Of a DNA stretch of 64,000 bases, positions 50,816 through 62,326 are shown in pieces; the first letter of the stretch is position 1; the number at the start of each line of letters is the position of its first letter. The notes beneath the pieces were generated by a model. That model searched no databases, was not told the origin of the DNA, and was given only the letters and a program-made list of their open reading frames with translations. A program made the translations under genes and the position numbers. Location: the NCBI GenBank assembly GCA_026026165.1, contig JAPEUD010000058.1:62001-126000 (forward strand), written 5' to 3'. The stretch comes from Sarea resinae (Eukaryota).

Positions 50816-52204
50816 TTATCTCTCGATTGCGTACTTGGTCCACAATTTGTCATGCTCCAGTCTGGGGAGAGCGTTCTCTTCCACGCCTACTAAGAGCTCA
50901 ATCCCACCACCCTTGCTCTCCGGTAACGCCGGGAAAACAATCTGCAAGCCGTTGATGATGCCAACATTAGGAGCCCTCACGGCTTCGATGGCTCCACCAA
51001 ACATGTGGCCCCAGTCGATATCATACAACGAGAAGTTGATCCAGGATGTTTGCACACAGTGGGTGCCTGGAACATCTATGAACGACGTCGGTGTCAAGCG
51101 GCTATGATCGGGAATCTTATCGAGGAGCGCGATCACGTCGTTGGTCCAGCTCTTGTGCGCTGTGGAGATGGCGCGTCGAACCTCGAGTGCAATATCTGCG
51201 AGGCTCGCCTCGGTGAGCATGGTACGGATACCCATGCTCGCGGCGACAAACTCGAGGAAACAACCGATTGTATCCGGGTGAATTGGGGGATCGGTGCGGG
51301 TGCGGCCGTCGAGGGAGATGTTGAAGATAGATGTCGGGTTGCCTTCAAGCTTGTCGAGCGGGAATTGAGCTGCCATGACAGTACGCCACAGAAGAGCGGA
51401 AAGGGCATCGTTTGTCGAGATCCATTTGAAGTCCGATGGCTTCGTTGCATTCTCTGGCGATGCATCCTTCTTGAGCTGCGCTAGCGCAGCCGTGGTGAAA
51501 TGGAAAACCCGGGCCCTGTGAGTTGGGCTCAGCATCTTCGGCGGAGCCCCTTGTACAGAAAAGGGAAGCAAGGTGTATTCCGGGTGATCCTCGATCCGGC
51601 CCTTGTCGCGCTCCGTACCCTGCATTATGGTGGCCTTCGAAAAGATCTCATCCGGAAGTACCACAGGAGAAGTGATCTCAATGCCTTGAGCTCTCCGGCA
51701 CTCCTCCGCCCAAACCTCCAGCATCTTCTGGAAGGTCTTGCCATCTCCGATCATGTGCAAGACGCACCAATTCAGGACCAGCCCTCCTTGGAGGAAGTTT
51801 GCTTGGACCTCTGTTATGGGTAGGGGCTCGCCTGTCGCTGGCCACACGGGACGGCGGCACACGACCTTGTCGTCGAAGAGTTCAAGAGGAAAGCTCTTCT
51901 CCTTGAGCTCTCTGTATGTGACCGGAAATGCCCCGGGCGCTCGCAAATCTTTGACCTTGATGTCGCCAAAGTCGCCATGTTGTAGCTTGAGTACGCCACC
52001 CTGCCTCCAATCGGTATCGGGGACTGCCTGGCATGAGAGGACCGGCAAACGTTGCTTGGTCGCCTCTAGGCCTTGCTTCAGCACACCAGTAACCTCATCC
52101 AGATCATAGTCTTCTGCGAGCTGAAAAGGGAATAGATATCGTACAAAGCCCTTGGGCCCTGCTCTCTCTAGGGGCGTCAATGGAGGAATCACTGGTGAAG
52201 CCAT
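50816..52204 (-). CDS. BAHD-type O-acyltransferase (Tri101/Ayt1-like)
   Basis: Intronless 462 aa. QANFLQGGLVL, catalytic HMIGDG (HxxxD), ISTNDALSALLW, and TSW...YDIDWG (DFGWG variant). Confidence 0.9.
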   Translation of the reverse strand: MASPVIPPLTPLERAGPKGFVRYLFPFQLAEDYDLDEVTGVLKQGLEATKQRLPVLSCQAVPDTDWRQGGVLKLQHGDFGDIKVKDLRAPGAFPVTYRELKEKSFPLELFDDKVVCRRPVWPATGEPLPITEVQANFLQGGLVLNWCVLHMIGDGKTFQKMLEVWAEECRRAQGIEITSPVVLPDEIFSKATIMQGTERDKGRIEDHPEYTLLPFSVQGAPPKMLSPTHRARVFHFTTAALAQLKKDASPENATKPSDFKWISTNDALSALLWRTVMAAQFPLDKLEGNPTSIFNISLDGRTRTDPPIHPDTIGCFLEFVAASMGIRTMLTEASLADIALEVRRAISTAHKSWTNDVIALLDKIPDHSRLTPTSFIDVPGTHCVQTSWINFSLYDIDWGHMFGGAIEAVRAPNVGIINGLQIVFPALPESKGGGIELLVGVEENALPRLEHDKLWTKYAIER

Positions 52205-54739
52205 CTCGCGCTGTAAGTTGTATCAGGTCGAGACGACGAGATGTCGGTCAGCACCTTTTCAGACGAGGGTCGGGCAAAACCCTTTATGCGTGCCCACTGT
52301 CCTGAATGTGGACAGCATGATGCGGTGAACCCGCTGCCTGCGCATGTGTATCTACCGAGTACTACGCCCTTTACGGTAATGATATTGCTATCTTACTACC
52401 TCGTTACGAATCACCACTTGCCCCTTTTGGCGGTAGCTTTGGTCCAGGGTCAAGACAGTAGATTTCGGAAGTCGGGTTTCGATAATGATAATAAGAATAA
52501 TAGCGTGGCTCGATCACTGTCGGTGGGTCTGATTCCTCGCTACCCGGCTGAGCGTACCAGGTATCGTAGAGGGGCACTCGACGGCAGGAACAGGTTACCT
52601 CCAGGCTCGATACAGGCTAATTCGTGCGGGCTCTCCCGAATCGGGCTCCCCGCATCGGTGCCGGTGGACATGAACCAGACGAGCGGGAATGGCTCATGCA
52701 GCTTGGGTAATGGCCCCGATGGACACTAACTGCAATGGCCCGCCTCTGACACGTTTGACACCACTCCCACCGTGTCTTGCGTAAGGTACATACCGAGTCC
52801 AGGGCCCAACCGCTCGAGCGTGGACGGAGTACGGAGCAGAGGACGGAGTACTCCATCCAGGGATACTCCGTAGTAGAGTACGAAGGAACTTGAAGTCGTA
52901 GTACTTCGCGTCGTACCTGATGGTGGATGAGGTACGAAGTACCGGGTACTGCAACGGCTCTCTCGCTTGGTCGCTTTCCTCGGTCGTTTGCGCACCTGGG
53001 CTCGGGCCACGCACGCACCCACACACACACACACACACACATACCACGCACCTTACAGAGTAGAGTAAGGTATATAGTAGTACTCTATCCAGGGCACTCC
53101 GGCCCCGAAGCTCGGGAGAGGCGTCGAAGCGATCGATATCATCAGATAGAGCCTTGGATGGCATCCTGCTCTACACCAAATGAAAGCTAGGGGGCTCGCT
53201 ACGAGATTCGCTACGAGGTTCGCTACGAGGAATTGGAATGGTCGAATTGGGCATCGCTACTCGGAGTTCCGATGGTCCCCACGCGTTCCAAGACACACCG
53301 TTTCATACCTTCACACATGCATCGATCCATGCAGACACAGAGAGAGACGTCAGGGCTACCATGGCTCGGTAGGCGACCAGATCATGCAACAACCATCATC
53401 ATCTCATGCACCGTGATAGGAGTTTTCCGTTTGAAAGTCGTCCGGGACCACCCCGGGGAGTGTTCGTGGTAAACGAGCATGCACATCCACACATCCACAC
53501 ATCCACACCCAGCCACGCACACCCAACCCTAGGCCCACCCTCCCAATTCGCACTTCATACTCCCTCTCACTAGAGTACTTTCCATTGCTTCTTCGTATGC
53601 TCGCGACCCTCCCCCAAGGGAGTAAGGCGTCCTGAGTAAAGCGTCGCTTACAGCTAGCGAGCCGTCCCGAGCATTCGAGTACCGCGCACCAGCAGTACTA
53701 CATACCTAGTAATCGCACCTGGAAGACTCGAGATTGGAAGAGGCAAAAGGGCCGAGGGCCACACCACCAGCACCAGGCGCCCCCCCCCCCTTTCGTGGGT
53801 CGACCCGCCATGGCCAGGAGCCCTAATCTTCGGTCCCCCTTCCGCGCTCTGTCGAGGGTTCAATTTTGCTCGCTATCGTAGTCTGGCGCCTGTCATAGGC
53901 GTTGGCCGTGCGCAGCATGATACTATACTCTAGCATCCGATGCAGGAACTTCAATGCCGAGAAGAGCGAAGAGCAGGGAGGAGGAGCACGGAGGAGCAGG
54001 CATCTTCTTGTTCTCCTGCTCTCCTGCTCTCCTGCTCTCTTGTTCTCTTCCTCTCGAGTTCTGTCCCCCTGGTTGGTAACAGGGGAACAGAGCTCGGCGT
54101 ATCGGGTATTCGTAACATGTACGCACGTTGGCCGCGGCAACATCCTTTCTCTTGCATGTCATGTCTACCTCCCTCGGTGCTTGACAGGCTGACTGGCGGT
54201 TCGTCATCTGCGAATCTGCCTGGTAGTGAAATGATGGAAATAGTCGATCGGCTCCCGCCTTTCCCTATATGTACGGAATCACCACAATAATCATCACCCT
54301 GCCCACTATACTCGAACTCGAGCACGCTGCATGTGGATCGTCGCTCGGCACTCTGGACTGAGAGACTGAGACGCTCCTTCTGATCTTCCCTGCCCTTGCG
54401 ATCGAAGATTTATATGTCCAGAAAGAGCAATGCGACTCACATGATATTTGTCTGCTGCTCTTCTTGTCCGTACTAATACTGAGATCCAGCTACAAGAAAG
54501 AGCAGAAGACGCTGCTCTGACTGGAGCACAATCCACCGCACACACATTGCATCTTGTCTCCCCCTCCTTCCATTCTCTCGTCCCTCGTCTTAGGACCTTG
54601 GGACCTTGGGACCCTCGGGCGATTACTCGTCCACTTCTACATGTAACTTTTCTGCCGTTCTCGCTCTCGTTCATCTCCCGGCTGTGTCCATCTACGCCAT
54701 CGACCCGCGCAGCGCGCAGACGCCCATCAGCACGAGCAC

Positions 54740-56088
54740 ATGGCGACCATCTTCGGACCCGCGCCTCCGGGCGTCAATCTGAATGCGAGCCAGACGGCCC
54801 GTGACAATGTTGCTGTGATTGTTGTTACAGCCATTGCCACGATATCCGTCTTGCTTCGTCTCTGGGCGCGAAGTGTGCAACGCCTCGCTTTGGTGGCGGA
54901 CGACTATCTTGTCATTGTTGCGTTGGTAACTCGGAACCCAACTCGCTCCCGACTTCCTCGTAATTAACGAGAACAGGTCTTTGTTTACAGTTCCGCGGGG
55001 ATCAGTATAGCAAGTAAGAGTGATCGTTGAATTCATCTGACCCTCGCTCATTCTCTACAGGTGGTTATTATGGTGCGGGACGGCATGTGTGGGTCGCCAG
55101 TAATGGACAAATTCTCGTGATTGCCAAGGCAAGTAAATTGATCTTGTATCTTATCGACAGCTAACGTCTTGCCCTCAGATGCTCTACGCGTATACGTTCA
55201 TTTACGGCGCATCAGTCGCTTTCACCAAATTGTCGGTCATCTGCTTCTATCGCCGAGTCTTTGGTACCGCCGACCGGGTCTTCAATTGGGCCCTCTATAT
55301 CTCCTTCTCCGTCTCCGTCTGCTATATCCTAATGATCTGGACCGTCATGCTGGGAAGCTGCCAACCTCTTTCTTACTTTTGGAACCAATATGTCGACCCG
55401 AAAGCCCAGGGGAGCTGTATCGCCGTCAACAAGTTCTTCTTGATCGCCGGTTGTATCAACATGGTTATTGATGTTTGCATTCTCATTATCCCGATTCCGA
55501 AGATCTACCAGCTCCAGATGTCGCGACGCCGGAAGTTGACCGTCGTTGGTATTATGATGCTTGGTGGATTGTGAGTCATTCTTCTACGAGCCATTCTCTC
55601 TCGTGCTAATATCAGGCAGTGTCTGCGTCGCCAGCATTGTCCGTATCTACTATCTCGTCAGACTCCAGACGCAGATCGACCTCACTTGGATTATGGGTTC
55701 CGTTTTCATCTGGTCATCGGTGGAACCCTCCATTGGTATTCTCTCTGCCTGTCTCCCGGTGCTACGGCCACTCCTTCGTATCGTGTTCCGCGGTTATTTC
55801 AACCACTCGAATAAACACACCACCTCGCACGACCTGGAGCCGACTACGGGATGGCAGCGGTTCAAGGGTAACAAGTCGCACGTCACCAGCCGCAGCCAAG
55901 CTGGGCATGGATTTACGGGCAAGTTGAGACCCGAGGACGATGAGGTGATGCTGACCAACGACGTCACTTCTTCCGGCATCTACGACGATCGCATGGACCA
56001 TGGCGGCGGCAAAGGCAATAATGATAAGTCCATTGTCGTGGAGACCTATGTCTCCCAAACCACGACCAGCGCAAATGAGGGTGTCTGA
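54740..56088 (+). CDS. PTH11-like (rhodopsin-domain) integral membrane protein without CFEM, 5 exons
   Basis: LRLWAR..ADDYL, GAGRHVW, TKLSVICFYRRVF, CQPLSYFW, DVCILIIPIP, VCVASIVR and WSSVEPSIGILSACLP. Confidence 0.9.
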
Positions 56089-58819
56089 TCATTGGAGACT
56101 CCAGTTGGGACAAAAAGGTCTTTTGTATTAGCGATAGGGATTTATAATGGGATTTTGTATCGGGAATGGATATCAGGGAATGCATTTAGAGGGTCCCCAG
56201 TACGTATCTAGAAATGGGCTTGGACATAGTTTTAAAATACCACTTTGTATAATTCGACTGAGCTTTTCACTCTTTCGTTTCTTGCGTGACGGAGCCGTGA
56301 GCATTCACTCGCCGAATCATTCAGCCGCTGCTGTATTTAATCATATCTGGGTGTTTCACCGAGCGGGCACAATCCTTGTCCTTGAATCGACCGAGGATTG
56401 TGCTACGAATCAAAGGTTTTCATCTACATATGTAACCCCTTCTCTTTCAGTTCCTGCTTGGTACCGTCGTTCTACTCTGGTTAGCTCATCTCTGCACCTT
56501 GTGATGTGAAGCCACAATTTGTGTCTCCCTTCTGTGCCTGATTGACCATTCACATAACAGCAACAAACGATTTCATGGCGAAATCCTCACCCGGGTCAAG
56601 GACCAGACAAAAACGACCCAAACTGACACAACAAGCTGAAGCGTCTGGTGGCTAGTCGATCTAGCTCTGCCTACCTGCCTCTTATCTGACAAGAGCAGGT
56701 GAAGCATTGAACATTGACGGATGTCTCGACAGTTACAACCTAGACTACCGTTCAGAGAGAAGAGACCTCAAGAACGAAGGTAGCTATGTAAGCATGACTG
56801 ACTGAATGCGTTGATCCATAAGCTGACCCAGGATCAGGAGAGGAAATCAGTCCACCCTCTCCACTCTCACTGATTCCGTTCTCGGAATCGTGTAAATTAT
56901 GAGTTGTTGCCCGCCACCCGCCACCTTCCTGCCCATGACGTTGTGGCGTCGCGTTTCGAAAATATGGAGGAGTGAATTATAATGGCAGCTTTCTAAAGCG
57001 GAGTTGTTGTATCTCAATCTCGCATTTCAGTCAAGGAGTCCTCGAAAGCGACACATTTTCTCTTGTTTTATACAGACAAACTTATCACGGCTCAAACGAC
57101 ACCTTGTCCAGGCCCCTAGACGACCTCTCCTAGGATCGAATGTCTGCAAATTCTGGCGGAAATTGACAACTTTAGAGCTCGCATTTTTATAACGGCGCTG
57201 GAATGGTATGAGTGAGCCGCGTGAAGGATCAAAGACTATGGCAAACCTTCATTGACAGAAACGCTCAGTATGAGTTGGTTTCAAGGCATTAATGGCGTCC
57301 ACCTGTCGATTGGTGAATCGTGTGACTGGGTAGAATATACTTATTGCCATCTTCGGTGCTGGTCCTTCCCAGTGGCCTCAAGATTTCGATGCCCACAACC
57401 GCGTCCTACAGCTCAGTGAAGACTCCTTCGTGACGCCATCCATCCATCCAGCCGAGCATTGGCTTCCAGATTTCCGCCCGAGAAGAAGTTCCTCTATGAC
57501 AGAAAGCAATCTGCGCTATACAAAAGACCAGCCACGACTATCCAACGACAGCAGAAGCAATACAGATCATCAATCACATCAGGCTCCGGCCAATTCTATA
57601 CCCTGCCCATCGGACTACATCTTTGTCAGCATCTACACCATTGTCAAGCATACCCGTCCGCCTGCCTGCCTCTCAAAGAGAACCAACCCTTCCTATCTTT
57701 TACCGACAAGGACATCGCGAGAAGACCAAGGCGTCTTATCGATCGCTCGCGGCGATAAGATGATTGCCGTTATTGGGCTTTTAGGCCCACTGTTTCCCAG
57801 GTTCGTCGATCTCATGTTCGCCCGTTCAAGCCAACGCTGTTCCTCGTCTGAACTGTTGTTAACGTTGTCATTGCTGTCACCTTGGTGCTTTCTCTTCCGA
57901 TCACTCCACAGTATGAACATATATGCTCCGGTTTAAAGCGTACTCCTACCGTCGTTCATTATCTAGGTGGATCAGTCCAAGGTATACAATCATAGCCTAG
58001 ATTCAATCAACGTCTAGAACTACAGAAATGACGGAAGTGCTAATCTTGGTGCGTTCTGGGGCGCAGGCTGCTGGTGCAAGCATTAGCATGCCGGCCGATA
58101 AATCAACGTGGATATGCAGACTGGGTCTAGTCATCCCACAGTCAGATGAGGAGCGTGAGCTTGAGCTATCTATAGGTTTGGCGCATCTCGAGAAAATATA
58201 CCCCACATAATTTTCCGTCCGACTTGTGGAAGTAACTACCTTAGCCGATGCGAAGAGGCGCCGCTACCCGAAGAGTCAAGCCCTGATGCATATCGCAATC
58301 ACGCCGGACGCCGGACCCTGAAAGTACATGGACACCCTCTTGTCTCTGCCCTCCACAGTCTTCGTACATATCTCTCACGATCAGCCTGCCACTGGACCGT
58401 TTACAACAGCGTATATGTGTGCGATAAAGCACTGATCTGCTGGAGACCGATCGTAGTACAGCGAAGTACTTCTAGGGTTCCTGCAGCCATTTCAATGGAG
58501 GAGAGTAATAGCGCCTCTACCCCGCCGATTACCCCCACCTCCCACATCACCCCACGATCGATTAGTCAAGCACGTTTCGATTGTCTTGCGCGAAACCTCT
58601 GACAGCCCTAGGCGCGATCTTAGCGAATGACTTCAACCCTTCGCCTTATGGCATCATTGTTATTTTTTCCTTTCTTGGCTAAATAAGTGCCGCCTGGATG
58701 GATTCAAGCTGCAGCACGCATCGATCTTTTGGACGGAGAATTGAAACCAAGAATATCGAGATCTGCGTGGATGGCGTCCTATTTGCCGGCTCTCCTTACT
58801 TTTGACTGCTGTTTTAGAG

Positions 58820-60433
58820 ATGTCAGACTCCAAATCAATACCGCAGGAGCCCTCCATTGAGCCGCAGCGCGATGTGGGAGAGACGGCATCCATGGATCCC
58901 GAGACTGGGGTGCGGCGGGGCCTCAAAACTCGACATCTCAGCATGATGGCACTGGCGGGCATCATCGGGCCTGGATTGCTGGTCGGGTCTGGAGGTGCTT
59001 TGTCCAGCGGAGGTCCCGCATCGCTACTGATCGGCTTCGGCGTCATTGGAATTATCGCCTTCAGCATCATGCAGTCGCTTGGTGAACTCACGACTCTCTA
59101 CCCAAGCGGAGGCGCATTCACCAAATTGGCCGACCGCATGGTGGATAAGGCCTTTGGGGTCGTGGTAGGCTGGAATTACTTCATTATCTGGGTCGCCGTG
59201 CTCGCGAACGAATACAATACCATCTCGGCCATTTTCGTCTTTTGGAGCGACAAGGTGCCGCTGTGGGGCTACTTTTTGCTCTTCTGGTTCGCCTTTCTTG
59301 CCTTTCAACTGCTGGGCGTTGAAGCGTTTGGCGAGGCCGAATTCTGGTTGGCCCTGCTCAAGCTGGGCGGTCTGACTGCCTACTTCATTTTCTCCATCGT
59401 CTACGCGGCTGGAAGCCTCAAGGGAGAGCAGCACGCCCTGGGATTCCACTACTGGCATGACCCCGGCGCGTTTGCTGACGGTTTCCGGGGCGTGGCCAAA
59501 GTCTTCGTCTTCTGCTCGACTTTTTACGCCGGATGTGAGTCCATCGCCGTCGCCGCGACCGAAACCAGAAACCCGGCTGTTGCCGTACCGCTCGCCATCC
59601 GTCAGGTGTTTTGGCGCATCATCTTCGTCTACATGGGCTCGGCATTCTTCTTCGGTCTGACATGCCCCTCGAATGCGTCCGGCCTTGTGAGCGCCACTAG
59701 TAAGGCCTTGAAGAGTCCCATGACTATTGCCATCCAGAACGCTGGCTGGGAGGGCGGGGTTCACCTCATCAACGCTTTTATCTTTGTGACGTGTCTGTCG
59801 GCCGTCAATAGCTCCATCTACATCGGGTCCCGCACGATCCTCTTCATGGCACAAGATGGCAAGGCGCCTCAGTTCTTGGGCCGGACGAACAATCGCGGTG
59901 TGCCGGTCTATGCCATCATCTTCACCAATCTTTTCGGCGCGCTGTCCATGATGAACGTCAGCACTGGTGCGGGGAAGGCGTATAATTACATTGTCAATCT
60001 GAGCGGCGTATCCACATTTCTGGTCTGGGGCTCGATCTCGTTCATTCATATACGGTTCCGAAAGGCTTGGGCTGCCAAGGGCCACGAGATTGACGAACTT
60101 CCATTCAAGTCATTCTGGTACCCGTGGACGGCTTACTTTGGCCTCGTCGCCAACGCATTTCTGGCTCTGGTTCAGGGCTGGACCTCTTTGAGCCCATTCA
60201 ATGCGGGAAACTTTGTCGACGCGTACATCCTACTGCCGCTCTTTCCCATCATCTACCTTGGATACAAAATCTTCGCGAAGACGCACTTCTGGCGCCTTCA
60301 TGAGATTGATCTTGATTCCGGCCAGCGTTTAGACCTCGATCTTGTCGGTGAGGTTAGCGAGTACCCAGTCACTAGGGTGCATTCAAAAAGCTCGACTCTG
60401 CCGCTGTGGCGTCGCATCTGGGATAATTTCTAA
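58820..60433 (+). CDS. Amino acid permease (APC superfamily, YAT family)
   Basis: Intronless multi-TM ORF. RGLKTRHLSMMALAGIIGPGLLVGSG, FGEAEFWLALLK, AATETRNP, SAVNSSIYIGSR and HIRFRKAW. Confidence 0.95.
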   Translation: MSDSKSIPQEPSIEPQRDVGETASMDPETGVRRGLKTRHLSMMALAGIIGPGLLVGSGGALSSGGPASLLIGFGVIGIIAFSIMQSLGELTTLYPSGGAFTKLADRMVDKAFGVVVGWNYFIIWVAVLANEYNTISAIFVFWSDKVPLWGYFLLFWFAFLAFQLLGVEAFGEAEFWLALLKLGGLTAYFIFSIVYAAGSLKGEQHALGFHYWHDPGAFADGFRGVAKVFVFCSTFYAGCESIAVAATETRNPAVAVPLAIRQVFWRIIFVYMGSAFFFGLTCPSNASGLVSATSKALKSPMTIAIQNAGWEGGVHLINAFIFVTCLSAVNSSIYIGSRTILFMAQDGKAPQFLGRTNNRGVPVYAIIFTNLFGALSMMNVSTGAGKAYNYIVNLSGVSTFLVWGSISFIHIRFRKAWAAKGHEIDELPFKSFWYPWTAYFGLVANAFLALVQGWTSLSPFNAGNFVDAYILLPLFPIIYLGYKIFAKTHFWRLHEIDLDSGQRLDLDLVGEVSEYPVTRVHSKSSTLPLWRRIWDNF

Positions 60434-60990
60434 GCTAGATATATAGAAGTCCTTTGCATCTCTGCTATCTCTGCTATGTTTCTTGTACCGTTAGAGATAC
60501 TCAATCTTACATTGTTCCATTTCGAACGATTCGTATCAATCGCTTAGTTTTCAGTCTTCTACACCTAACCATTATCGTTTAAACATTTACTTTGTTTCAA
60601 AAAATATATTACTATGGGATTGGCAGCTCGGTTCACCCGCTGCAGGCAGAACAGGATGCCGTATTTTCTGGGCAGCAAGTACAAGCTTAGTAAGCCTAGA
60701 GTAGGATGAGAAGCAAAGCAGCGATAGAGGCGTAAACTCACCTGCAGATCCTAGTCGGCATTTTAACTAACAACATCTATTCCCCATACCTGAATAGTAC
60801 ATGGACTGGAAAAGAAGGATTGTTTGGTTTTGGCTTCAAGGATGGAGTCAACATGGATACGCCGAGTGCTATGAGTCATCGTGGAGAAATTGATTTAGCC
60901 CTCTAAACATTCCGATTCAACATTTTTCCCCGACACTTCTTCTGCGCTCCCAATCACCTTTGATCCTCTGTCGTCTTCGTTCTGTTCAAA

Positions 60991-61566
60991 ATGTCTTCAA
61001 CACCGTCACAATGGCACAAGGACGAATTCTTCATCTCCACATCACAGGCTTTCCTTCAGCTTGATGTCATCAATAAGGCTTTCGGCTCAGAATTCATGTA
61101 CTGGACCAAAGCAATGCCTAAAGACGCGCTGAAGCATATGCTGTCGCATTCGCTTTGCTTTGGGGTCTACGCTTCACCGCAATCCTCATCTGAAAATGCA
61201 GGTCAGTCAATTGATCGACCATTTTCTACCATGTCGTTGCAATCCTCATAGATCTCAGGTCGCTTATCTGCAACCCAAGTCGGTCTCGCGCGTGTCATCA
61301 CCGACGAATCCACCTTCGCCTATCTCACCGACGTCTTCATCCTGCCCGAGTATCAAGGACACGGTCTCGGAAAATGGATGATGGAGTGTATTAATGAAAC
61401 GCTGGACTCGTGGCCGGATCTTCGTGGTGCGATGTTGTACACGAGCGGAGAGCACGCTCAAAGGTTCTATCGCGAGACGTTAGGGATGAAGGCGTTTGTG
61501 CCAGGGACGAGTGGATTGGAGATCATGAATAAGAAGGGGCCTGGGAGCGTGTTTGAGGATGTTTGA
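60991..61566 (+). CDS. GNAT family N-acetyltransferase, 2 exons
   Basis: Intron 61202-61258. SLCFGVY...QVGLARVITDESTFAYLTDVFILPEYQGHGLGKW (motif A)...AQRFYRETLGM. Confidence 0.9.
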
Positions 61567-62326
61567 ACAGGTCACATCCCATATAATTAATCGCAGAGAG
61601 TGACAGCCTGAGTCTTACCACTTGGCCCTGTACCTCTCAAGACCGATTTTGATCTTCCTGTCACAAGATCCCTATGCTAGGGTTAGTATTGTTAAGACTA
61701 GTTTACATCAATCTGAACCTAGTGCTGCCAACGGTCCTAGACCAGGGGCCGACAGTGGTTGGACCATTCGGACGGATAGGAGTAAAAGTAAGGAGCCTCT
61801 GAGGCGAAAATAAATTAGTAGATAAAGGCAGAGAACTTAGAAGCTTTCCTAGAAAGAGCAAAAGAACCCGATGCCTCACCACCGTTCGCGGCTTTAGGCG
61901 TAAAAGATATCTAAATTCTTTTTGCTTTTATAATCAACAAATAGCTTGCTAGAGACTGTGACCTTGCAAATGATTTCGTCTTTTCTAAAGAGACTGGGTG
62001 ACGAGATCTATGTTTCCTCTACCTAGGTACGCTGTGTGCGGCACCTGTGCTGATATCAAGAGTACGCTAAGGGAAATAGTCGAAAGCAATGTCCGAAACC
62101 TGGAGAGGTATTGGACGCGGACGGTGGCAAATAATAGGCTTTGCTCATCAGTAAGGGGTTACGCCGTTGACGAGACAGTACAGCATAGATAGTTGCCTTC
62201 AAGCATTTAGCTACATACACCTCTGAAATAAAGCGAGCGACGTTGGTTAGCTAGACCAGTAGGCGCAAACGGCCCTTGCGGAGAACAAGAACAGCATCGT
62301 GATAGACCTCCGTCTTTACGATCCTC

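Noticed and set aside
57230..57936. 168-aa ORF with a possible upstream intron
   Set aside because: Could not build a phase-consistent gene model or recognise a domain; at best a decayed remnant.
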